A program made the position numbers and the translations under genes. A stretch of DNA of 64,000 bases from Candidatus Cloacimonadales bacterium (GTDB lineage: Bacteria; Cloacimonadota; Cloacimonadia; Cloacimonadales; JAFGVF01). The notes under the pieces are model-generated. The model was not told the origin of the DNA. It was given only the letters and a program-made list of their open reading frames with translations, and made no database searches. Where the stretch lies: NCBI GenBank assembly GCA_963677495.2, contig CAXXOU010000004.1, positions 1,120,001 through 1,184,000 on the forward strand. Direction: 5' to 3'. Shown here in pieces: positions 18,413 through 26,757 of the stretch (position 1 is its first letter; every line of letters starts with the position of its first letter).

Positions 18413-19008
18413 TCATCCTCTTTTAATGATTCTCTAACTTTTGCTAATATATCAGGCTCCTCTTCTTTCTTGATTGCAAGGATCATATCACCGATTGTTA
18501 TGCCTACACCAATTATTAGGAATAACTGTGCTCCTTGCTGTAGATGATAGCCTAGATTAAACATCTCAAGGTTTTTAAAGCTGACTTGCGTGATAAAGAA
18601 AACCAAAGTTCTCAATATGGTGGCGCTTACACCAAATGCAAGAGCTTTAGCGACTCTACGCAACTCAGATTTAAAGAAATAAGCAACAAGAAAGTTCAAC
18701 CCAATAAACAATAATCCTAGTGGTAAGATTAACATTGGAATTGGCACTGCTTTGTATTGGAAGTTCTGCTTCAATATGATTGTAAATATGATTGCTGATA
18801 ATATCGCAGGGACAACTCCAAGATTTGCCTTTCCATTTCTACCAAACAGAGTAAAACACGAGATAGCAAGAGAGTATATATAGTACTCTGTCGCTTTTAA
18901 CTCAAAGAACTTAGCAGCTCCTCCAAAGAGAAATATCCCCATTATCGTAGTTAAAGCAAGTGGTATTAATACTATTACTAATCCCTTCACAAATCTATTT
19001 TCAGTCAT
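18409..19008 (-). CDS. Hypothetical membrane protein (~6 TM)
   Basis: Several hydrophobic segments; SD GGAG before ATG 19008; stop overlaps the trmB start. Confidence 0.75.
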   Translation of the reverse strand: MTENRFVKGLVIVLIPLALTTIMGIFLFGGAAKFFELKATEYYIYSLAISCFTLFGRNGKANLGVVPAILSAIIFTIILKQNFQYKAVPIPMLILPLGLLFIGLNFLVAYFFKSELRRVAKALAFGVSATILRTLVFFITQVSFKNLEMFNLGYHLQQGAQLFLIIGVGITIGDMILAIKKEEEPDILAKVRESLKEDE

Positions 19009-19146
19009 TTTATCTCCATAAAACATTAATAGGTTCATTCTTAAGGTTTATATGTGACTGTCAAGAATAGTGTTTATTACTTTTAAGAGGGAGATTGCAT
19101 TGTACTGCAATTATGCTGAAATATCGTGGCGTCGAAGTCGGCTTGT

Positions 19147-19644
19147 ATTGTACTGCGATTCTCCTGAATTGCTGTGACGACGAAGTCGGCAAATGCCACT
19201 GACCTTGATTGGCAATGTATTAGTTATGAATATCAATACTAATTAACTAACACGAGATTGTTCACGAATATGGCTCTAACGAGCCATGTGCAAGTGAGGA
19301 CACTCGCACTACATTGTACTGCGATTCTCCTGAATTGCTGTGACGACGAAGTCGGCAACTTCCACTGACTTTGATTGGCAATGTATAAGTTATACATATC
19401 AATACTACTAAACTAGCACGAGATTGTTCACGAATATGGCTCTAACGAGCCATGTGCAAGTGAGGACACTCGCACTACATTGTACTGCGATTCTCCTGAA
19501 TTGCTGTGACGACGAAGTCGGCAACTTCCACTGACTTTGATTAGCAATGTATAAGTTATACATATCAATACTACTAAACTAGCACGAGATTGTTCACGAA
19601 TATGGCTCTAACGAGCCATGTGCAAGTGAGGACACTCGCACTAC
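19147..19644. repeat. Tandem array of three 166-bp structured units bounded by inverted REP-like hairpins
   Basis: Units start at 19147, 19313 and 19479; degenerate partial copy at 19099-19142. Confidence 0.92.
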
Positions 19645-19676
19645 AATCAAGTCCAACCAAAGGTAGTCGACGTACA

Positions 19677-19713
19677 AAAGAAATGGGGAAAGCCGGAAGG
19701 ATGGCTTTCCCCA
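19677..19713 (-). terminator. Intrinsic terminator of the hsp20 operon
   Basis: TGGGGAAAGCC...GGCTTTCCCCA stem followed by a T-rich run on the minus strand. Confidence 0.75.
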
Positions 19714-19730
19714 CACGAAGGGAGATTTAT

Positions 19731-20144
19731 TTATTGTATGATTATCTGTTTTGCCGGTTCAGGCTCAACTTTCGGAATTTCAATAGTTAGAACTCCGTTC
19801 TTCATGGATGCTGTAATCTTTGTCGCATCGCAATTATCACCTAGTGACACCGAACGCTTGTATTGTCCAACATAACGTTCTCGTCTGTGATACTTCTTGT
19901 CCTCTTCCAACGTTTCTGTCTTAGCTTCAATAGTTAAGACGTTCTCTGAAACATTGATGCTAACATCTTTCTTCTCAAATCCCGGAAGTTCAGCATCAAG
20001 AAGATATTTGTCATCTTCCTCCCTAATATCTAAGGCCATCACTGAACTGTTTTCTGAAAAGTCATCCCTAAAGAAGTTCTTAAAAAGATCCATCTTTGGA
20101 AAATCATGGAATGTGTCGAATAAGCTTACTGGATAATGTCTCAT
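19731..20144 (-). CDS. Hsp20/alpha-crystallin small heat shock protein
   Basis: DI.E.DD.Y...AELPG, RRER, A.MKNGVL.IEIPK and C-terminal I-x-I. Confidence 0.95.
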   Translation of the reverse strand: MRHYPVSLFDTFHDFPKMDLFKNFFRDDFSENSSVMALDIREEDDKYLLDAELPGFEKKDVSINVSENVLTIEAKTETLEEDKKYHRRERYVGQYKRSVSLGDNCDATKITASMKNGVLTIEIPKVEPEPAKQIIIQ

Positions 20145-20155
20145 TTTTTCCTCCT

Positions 20156-20572
20156 TTAGTTAATCGTTATTTTTTGTGGCTTTACTTTTTCAGCCATTGG
20201 AATTTTAACATAGAGAATTCCATTTTTCATTTCAGCACTAATCTCTACTGTGTTAAAACTGTTGTCTAGTTTGAATGATCGTTTCATCTCCACATTGCAT
20301 CTTTCACGACGAAGGTATGTTTTCTCGTCTGTTTCATTTGCTTTGACTTCTATTGTTAAAACATTCTCTTCTACTGCGATTTTTACATCATCTTTATTAT
20401 ATCCCGGCATCTCTGCCTGAATGATATATGCATTCTCTTTTTCATAAATATCAACTTTCATCGGAGTTACCCGATGTATTGGTCTGCAACCAAAATCGTT
20501 AAAAGCGTCGAACAATCTGTCCATCTCCCTCATTGGGAAGTAACCGGGTCTGTTTTTTACTAAGTATCTCAT
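20156..20572 (-). CDS. Hsp20/alpha-crystallin small heat shock protein
   Basis: VDIYE, AEMPG, RRER, AEMKNGILYVKIP and KITIN. Confidence 0.95.
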   Translation of the reverse strand: MRYLVKNRPGYFPMREMDRLFDAFNDFGCRPIHRVTPMKVDIYEKENAYIIQAEMPGYNKDDVKIAVEENVLTIEVKANETDEKTYLRRERCNVEMKRSFKLDNSFNTVEISAEMKNGILYVKIPMAEKVKPQKITIN

Positions 20573-20604
20573 TTTTTCCTCCTGTTGATTCTTGATACAA
20601 GCAT

Positions 20605-20666
20605 AGAATAATCAGCCCCGATTTTTTGTCAAATATTTTTTAGCAATCCTTTAACTTTTCTGCTAA
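20605..20666 (-). promoter_or_regulatory. Sigma70-type promoter with adjacent CIRCE-like (HrcA) operator
   Basis: TTGACA (20632-27)-N16-TATTCT; TTAGCAATC-N9-TTCTGCTAA at 20640-20666 versus consensus TTAGCACTC-N9-GAGTGCTAA. Confidence 0.6.
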
Positions 20667-20879
20667 TTTATATATATCTATAAATCTTTATATCCCATAT
20701 TTGCTTGCTAACCTGCTCTTTATAGATCTTTATAATTAATACTTTATTTTTTAGCAATCTTTATTTCCTACTAGCACTTCATTGCATCTTTCTGCTATTT
20801 TTGTATTCTAATGGGATTTAGGTTATGTTTTGGCTTATTATAATTCTTGCATAATAATCTCTACCAAATGGCATTCCCG

Positions 20880-20962
20880 ACCACGGGTTAACAACGGGTT
20901 AACAACGGGTTGACCACGGCTCCCGTCGTTTAGGCGTGGTTTACCCGTGGTTCTTCCGTGGT
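20880..20962. repeat. 11-bp-phased mirror array, ACMACGG x4 / CCGTKGT x4
   Basis: Motifs at 20880, 20891, 20902, 20913, then 20923, 20934, 20945, 20956. Confidence 0.85.
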
Positions 20963-21292
20963 AAATTATGAATCAACTGTAAAGTTAAACACAAACTTAC
21001 GTTGCATCAATATTGGATAATATGACAAAATCCTGGATGTTTCAGGAATTAACATATCTAATTTCATCTGATTTACTTCTAACTAATTTATCCCTCTATG
21101 CCCTATCATAATAAGACAACTACAAATCACGCTAACTACAGTAATTCAAGAAACTCTCTTATGATTTTGCCCTAGGGAGGGCCAAGAGACTCAGTAGAAT
21201 CACACAACTATTTCCCGGTAATTATGAGAGAGAAAAGGGACAAGCTTAGAGTTTAAAACAGCTAAATGCTTAAAGAGAATTGACAAAGGTAA

Positions 21293-21428
21293 ACCTTCGG
21301 AATGGTCAATGACCTTGCAATGGTGTAAATCAGAGGAGATGAAGTCAGTATATCAATCGACTTGGGGTGGTTTGATTTAAATTTCAAGAGTACTATTGAG
21401 AAGGTCTATGGTACATTCGCAAGGTAGT
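21293..21428. repeat. Inverted doublet of the ACCTTCGGAATGGTC REP-like family
   Basis: Forward copy 21293-21324 and inverted copy 21392-21428; same layout as 7568-7680. Confidence 0.75.
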
Positions 21429-21445
21429 TAATGCACTCCAAATAT

Positions 21446-21477
21446 AAAAAAAGCCCCGTCTATATCGGGGCTATTTT
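21446..21477. terminator. Intrinsic terminator
   Basis: A7-GCCCCG..CGGGGC-TATTTT just past the stop at 21496. Confidence 0.75.
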
Positions 21478-21495
21478 CGATAACTATTTGCTAGT

Positions 21496-24216
21496 TCATC
21501 TAATCGAATGGTTTCGTTTAAACTCTAACCACATGGTTTTAGTTTGTTGTTGCTGATTAATATTGAAAATAACAGGATATTCACCTGCGTAATCACGTAC
21601 AGCAATTACCTGATAGAACATCTGGTCAGCGAAGAAACTTACACCTTGATGAGTGAATGATGTCTGATCAGTGATAACTAAATGATAATAGGCATTAGGA
21701 TCACTTTCAACTGTTTCTGAGTAGTTTACTATATAGAAATCAGGTGTAACAGCTATACCGTGTTCAGTAGTTGTTACAGCATCCCATGTGATTACTGCAT
21801 TGCCATTATCAAGCGTAAATCCTACATTTGATGGAGCAGGTAAAGAATCATATTCTCCATTACCTGTAAACGTAACTTGTATCATAGGATTATTAGTGGA
21901 GTTATTGCTGATATTTAATGTACCTGTGAAAACATCCTCAGCACTTGGTGTGAAGGTTACAAAGATAGAAGCTGTAGCACCAGGTTCGATTGGTGTACTT
22001 ATTCCTGCATAATCGAATGTATATGTATCTGAAGAACCGGCTTCAAACTCTACATTAGTTATTGTAACATCTGCAGTTCCATCATTACTGAGGATTATCT
22101 CCTTTGTATCGTCTTGTCCAAAGTAAACATTACCGAAGTCTTCTGAAGCAGAAGTAACTAACGACATCTCATAAGTTGGCGGAACGATTGTTTCACCATA
22201 TAGAAGAGCAACCTCTGACTCTGAGATACCTCTATCATACATTCTAATGTCATCTATCTGACCATTGAAGTATCTGCCATTAGTTCCCCACCTTGAAATT
22301 CTTAAATAGGGATTACTATATGTTACAGTTGCACTCATTTGGGTAGAATCTTCCAATATCCCGTTCACATAAGTTCTTAGATTAGTTCCATCTTTGATGC
22401 AAACTACATGTTTCCATTCATTAAGTGCAAGTGTAAACTCAGAATTCCCATCCGGATAAACGCCAAATCCGCAAGTATTACTGTTTTGATAAGATTGAAG
22501 AACCCAGTTGTTTGGATGATTATTATCAATAATAGTTCTCCAATCCGAGCCTATCATATCTCTATTAATCCATAGTGAAATTGAGAAATCATTATAATTG
22601 AACCAACTACCCATCTCCATATAGTCATTTGATCCATCAAAATCATAAGCACTGGCAGGGTTACCAAATCTGTCTGCAACTTGTGATGCTCCGTAATTTA
22701 TTCCATGATGTTCGTTACCACTCTCATCGAGTGTGTTTCCATTAAATGGATAGAAGGCAACAAGATTTCGTTCAACATCAGGATCAAAAATAGTGATATA
22801 ATCTGTGATCGTTTCAGAATCTGTATTGGCAGCTGTATGAGCAGTCAAAGTAACTGTGTATGTTCCGGCAGATGTGAAAGTAAATGTTGGATTCTGTTCT
22901 GTAGCATCAATAGTACCATCATCGTTGAAATCCCATTCCCAAGAAGTTGGTTCACCAATAGAAAGGTCGTTAAACTGTATTACTTCACCAACAACATGCT
23001 CTGTTCCCACAGCTTCAAACTCAGTATCAAGAATTAGCCAAGAGAAAGTAGGATATCCATCATTGTAATCTGGATGAATACGCCAGATATCAACATTTTC
23101 AGCATCATCATTTGGATTATCTACAAAATCCCAAGCACTATTTAAACCCGTTGTTGCAATATCTGTGAAAGTATCAACATCTTGCATATCTGTTGTTGTC
23201 TTAGCTGTACCACCATCACTCCAAGAATATTGAGCTACTTCATAATCCCAGAAAGTATTATCAACTCCTGCCCAAGAACCTCTTTCTCCTAAGATAGCGC
23301 CAACATAACTAGAGCCTGATACTTGACCTGTACTGAAGCATCTATTGATGTTACTCTCATACATTGAGCTTGTGATACCACCTATATATTGAGTACCTGA
23401 CACATTTGCTCTATTATAGCAGTTATTTATGTAAGTGAGTGGTGCGTGCCCAACAAGGCCTCCTGATAGACTACCACCAAAGACATCTCCTTCGGAGAAT
23501 GAATATAATACATTTGCATGGTATGTATAACCAATTAAACCTCCAACTCTGTTAGACGTTGCAGTTACATTAGCTATAGATGAACAATAACTTACAGTAT
23601 GTGTACTTGCATTCCCAATTAAACCACCAACCTTTTCAGTGCCTGAAACAGTCACATCTGTGCTACATCTAGTTATAGTTGTATAACCGCTATATGAGTA
23701 AGCATCTCCGACCAATCCACCAACTCTATCTGAGCCGGAAATAGTTCCTAAAACTCTACAGTTAGTTATTGTTCCACCATATTTAAAACCTACAAGACCA
23801 CCAATACCTGAGCCACCAGTGAAACTAACATTTACTAAATGTATGTTGTTTAAAGTTGAACTTTTACTGTAACCAAACATCCCTTGATCATAGGAGTTAA
23901 TAAGATTAATATATAATCCATCAATTGTAAATCCATTACCATTAAAAGTAGAACCCCAAAACTCGTTAACATCATTTCCGATTGGGCTGAATCCCTCACC
24001 ACCATTCCAGTTCTGAGTATCTGTAGCGTCGATATCATCTGTTTGCACATAGTATTTTTGGTGCCATTGATCAGAGTTAACACTTAACCATTCTAAGTTA
24101 TCCAGATTTGCTATTTCATACGGACTTGCAGATGTACCTGCTCCAGCAGGTTGTACAGGTACAGAAAACAAGCAACTAGTTGTTAAAAGATATAAAGCAA
24201 TAATAAATGCTTTCAT
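21496..24216 (-). CDS. Large secreted/surface protein: GLUG repeats, PKD, LamG/ConA-like and ASH/choice-of-anchor D-like Ig domains
   Basis: Signal peptide from ATG 24216; repeated VGGLVG; WEWDFNDDG...QNP....GTYTVTL; LVAFYPFNGN...F.G.IDDIRMY; DFGNV....I.LSN.G. Confidence 0.82.
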   Translation of the reverse strand: MKAFIIALYLLTTSCLFSVPVQPAGAGTSASPYEIANLDNLEWLSVNSDQWHQKYYVQTDDIDATDTQNWNGGEGFSPIGNDVNEFWGSTFNGNGFTIDGLYINLINSYDQGMFGYSKSSTLNNIHLVNVSFTGGSGIGGLVGFKYGGTITNCRVLGTISGSDRVGGLVGDAYSYSGYTTITRCSTDVTVSGTEKVGGLIGNASTHTVSYCSSIANVTATSNRVGGLIGYTYHANVLYSFSEGDVFGGSLSGGLVGHAPLTYINNCYNRANVSGTQYIGGITSSMYESNINRCFSTGQVSGSSYVGAILGERGSWAGVDNTFWDYEVAQYSWSDGGTAKTTTDMQDVDTFTDIATTGLNSAWDFVDNPNDDAENVDIWRIHPDYNDGYPTFSWLILDTEFEAVGTEHVVGEVIQFNDLSIGEPTSWEWDFNDDGTIDATEQNPTFTFTSAGTYTVTLTAHTAANTDSETITDYITIFDPDVERNLVAFYPFNGNTLDESGNEHHGINYGASQVADRFGNPASAYDFDGSNDYMEMGSWFNYNDFSISLWINRDMIGSDWRTIIDNNHPNNWVLQSYQNSNTCGFGVYPDGNSEFTLALNEWKHVVCIKDGTNLRTYVNGILEDSTQMSATVTYSNPYLRISRWGTNGRYFNGQIDDIRMYDRGISESEVALLYGETIVPPTYEMSLVTSASEDFGNVYFGQDDTKEIILSNDGTADVTITNVEFEAGSSDTYTFDYAGISTPIEPGATASIFVTFTPSAEDVFTGTLNISNNSTNNPMIQVTFTGNGEYDSLPAPSNVGFTLDNGNAVITWDAVTTTEHGIAVTPDFYIVNYSETVESDPNAYYHLVITDQTSFTHQGVSFFADQMFYQVIAVRDYAGEYPVIFNINQQQQTKTMWLEFKRNHSIR

Positions 24217-24435
24217 ACTTCCCCCTTTACTATTTTTCAATAAACAAATGAAAAGTACTTAAATATTGATTAATGTCAAGGGAAATGATACATAACAGGC
24301 TAATATACCATTGCTTATGACTAGATTTGATTTGTTTTTTGAATTATCCTCAAAAGTTCAACTGTTAACCCTTAACTACCAAACATTATAATTTGAAAGA
24401 TTGACAATAGTCATTACATTCGAATTATTACACCC

Positions 24436-25344
24436 ATGGAAAGAAACAAAGCTAGAGAACTTTATGAGAAAACTTTAGAGAACAAACAGTATAAGAAGTT
24501 ATTGCGACTCTTCATTAAACATTATTTCTTCTTATTACTACATACAATAGCAAAGTTTATTGGGAGATATACAGGCCTTTCGAAGTTGGGTTATGCTAAT
24601 ACGTTAAAACTCAAAGTGAACCAATTCAACTTATTCTTCCCCGCACTCCCAAAATCATTCAATGGATACAAAATACTGTTTTTTAGTGATTTCCATTTTG
24701 ATAGTAATCCTACCATTGCAAATAAACTATCGATACTTATTAGTGATTTAGAATATGATTTAGTTTTAAGTGCAGGTGATTTCAAAGCTGCTCATATGCC
24801 TTACTATCAAGAGTTAAAACAGCTTTTTGACACTGGTTTCTCTACTTTAAAAGAGACACAACGATTTGCTGTAGCAGGAAACCATGATAATGCTAAAGTT
24901 GCTTCAATATTAGAGGGAACATTTGAGTTTCTTTATAATAGATCAGTTAAGATAATAAAAGATAATGAGCATATCCAGTTAATAGGAATCGATGATTGTC
25001 ATTTCTTCCAAGCTGATGATATTGATCTTGCTTTTAAAGAAGTTAATAAGGATGAGTTCAGCATTCTGCTCTCACACTCTCCTGAGATTTATCAAGATGC
25101 TGAGAAATTAGGTACAGACTTGACACTTTCCGGTCATACACATGGTGGTCAAATCTGCCTACCAGGTGGTATACCGATCATGGGAAATGTGAAGAAGAAC
25201 AGAAGTATCATTAAACAACATTGGAAGTATCGAAAAATGAAAGGCTTTACAACAAATGGAGTTGGCACTTCTTTGTTACCTATCAGATTCAACTGCCCAC
25301 CTGAGGTATGTCTGATAACTTTAAGAAGAGGATATGGAGCATAA
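24436..25344 (+). CDS. Calcineurin-like metallophosphoesterase (YkuE/YaeI-like)
   Basis: SDFH, GDF, GNHD, HSP and GHTHGGQ. Confidence 0.9.
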   Translation: MERNKARELYEKTLENKQYKKLLRLFIKHYFFLLLHTIAKFIGRYTGLSKLGYANTLKLKVNQFNLFFPALPKSFNGYKILFFSDFHFDSNPTIANKLSILISDLEYDLVLSAGDFKAAHMPYYQELKQLFDTGFSTLKETQRFAVAGNHDNAKVASILEGTFEFLYNRSVKIIKDNEHIQLIGIDDCHFFQADDIDLAFKEVNKDEFSILLSHSPEIYQDAEKLGTDLTLSGHTHGGQICLPGGIPIMGNVKKNRSIIKQHWKYRKMKGFTTNGVGTSLLPIRFNCPPEVCLITLRRGYGA

Positions 25345-25346
25345 CT

Positions 25347-26141
25347 ATGCCACTAGAATTTCATAAAGATAGAAGTAAAAAGATAGAGCAACAATACTTT
25401 ACATCAAAAGACTACATTGTCCCTTTCATAGAAATACACTTGAACCTTGAAGGTAAAAGAATCCTGGAAATAGGTTGTGGAGAAGGTGGTATTCTTCAAG
25501 CTTTTATGGAAAAAGGTGCAATCTGCCATGGTGTTGACCTTGAAGTTGAGAAAATAGATTTTGCTAAAGATTATTTCGAAGATGCAATAAAACAAGAAAT
25601 GGCAATGTTTGTCCATGAAGATGTTTATGAAATCGCTACATCAGAAGTATATATGCACAAATATGACCTGGTTATACTTAAAGACACAATAGAACATATT
25701 CATGGGAAAGAGAAACTTATGCCTGTCTTGCAACAGTTTCTTAAAGATGATACAAGCTTGATATTTATAGGTTTTCCACCTTGGCAAAATCCGTTTGGGG
25801 GACATCAGCAGATGTGTGATTCAAAGCTCAAGTATACACCTTGGATTCATCTGTTACCCAAGAATATTTATAAAGCATTGCTTCTATTTGCCGGAGAGAG
25901 ATTTGATAGAGTTGATGGATTGTTAGACGTTTATGAAACAGGACTTAGTATAGAAGATTTTGAAAGATATGTATTTCAGGCTAACATGGAAGTTGTTGCT
26001 TCAAAACTATATCTAGTTAATCCAATATACAAGTTTAAATTCAATATGCCACCAACTGAGCAATCTGAAATAATCTCAAATATTCCTATCCTTAAAAACT
26101 TTCTTTCAACAACATGCTATTATTTGATAAAAAGGAAATAG
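25347..26141 (+). CDS. Class I SAM-dependent methyltransferase
   Basis: ILEIGCGEGG and D.IEHI; SD GGAG before ATG 25347. Confidence 0.88.
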   Translation: MPLEFHKDRSKKIEQQYFTSKDYIVPFIEIHLNLEGKRILEIGCGEGGILQAFMEKGAICHGVDLEVEKIDFAKDYFEDAIKQEMAMFVHEDVYEIATSEVYMHKYDLVILKDTIEHIHGKEKLMPVLQQFLKDDTSLIFIGFPPWQNPFGGHQQMCDSKLKYTPWIHLLPKNIYKALLLFAGERFDRVDGLLDVYETGLSIEDFERYVFQANMEVVASKLYLVNPIYKFKFNMPPTEQSEIISNIPILKNFLSTTCYYLIKRK

Positions 26142-26142
26142 A

Positions 26143-26757
26143 ATGAGTAAAACTTATATTGTTACTAACTATTTCAAAAAAACAGATTTTTCCAATGATG
26201 ATTTCATTATTGGAGTAGACATCGGTTGTAAATTCCTTTTAGAAGCAGGTGTTATACCTCATGTAGTTCTAGGGGATTTTGACTCAATTCCTGAAAAACT
26301 TTTTAAACAACTACCCGATACAACTCAAATAATGCGTTACAATCCTATGAAGGCAAAGAGTGATACAGAGTTAGCTTTTGACTTTTGCCATGCAAACAAC
26401 ATGAAAAATATTGTTTTATATAACTCTCTTGAAGGCAGATTTGGTCATGTTGCGGGAATTATCTCTAACATGATATATGCATACAAACTTCAATTGAATG
26501 TAACGTTGAGAAGCAATGATTCAGAACTCTTTCTTATTGATTCTTTTAAAGATTTATCAGGATATAAAGCTAAGTTTGTTTCTCTTTATGCATTGTTAGG
26601 CGATGCTAAAGGTGTTTATTTAAAGGGTTTTAAATATCCATTGGACAATGGTGAAATCCCATTATTTACATGCCTTGGGCTAAGTAATGAGTTTGTAGAT
26701 GAAGTAAGAACTATCGAAGTACAAGATGGGCTTCTTCTTTGCATTATTGAATCGTAA
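26143..26757 (+). CDS. thiN: Thiamine diphosphokinase
   Basis: GDFDS, K..SDTELA, GFKYPL and LGLSNE; usual GRxDH reads GRFGH. Confidence 0.85.
   Translation: MSKTYIVTNYFKKTDFSNDDFIIGVDIGCKFLLEAGVIPHVVLGDFDSIPEKLFKQLPDTTQIMRYNPMKAKSDTELAFDFCHANNMKNIVLYNSLEGRFGHVAGIISNMIYAYKLQLNVTLRSNDSELFLIDSFKDLSGYKAKFVSLYALLGDAKGVYLKGFKYPLDNGEIPLFTCLGLSNEFVDEVRTIEVQDGLLLCIIES

Noticed and set aside
19147..19644. CRISPR array
   Set aside because: Whole 166-bp units repeat, so there are no unique spacers; no cas genes in the window
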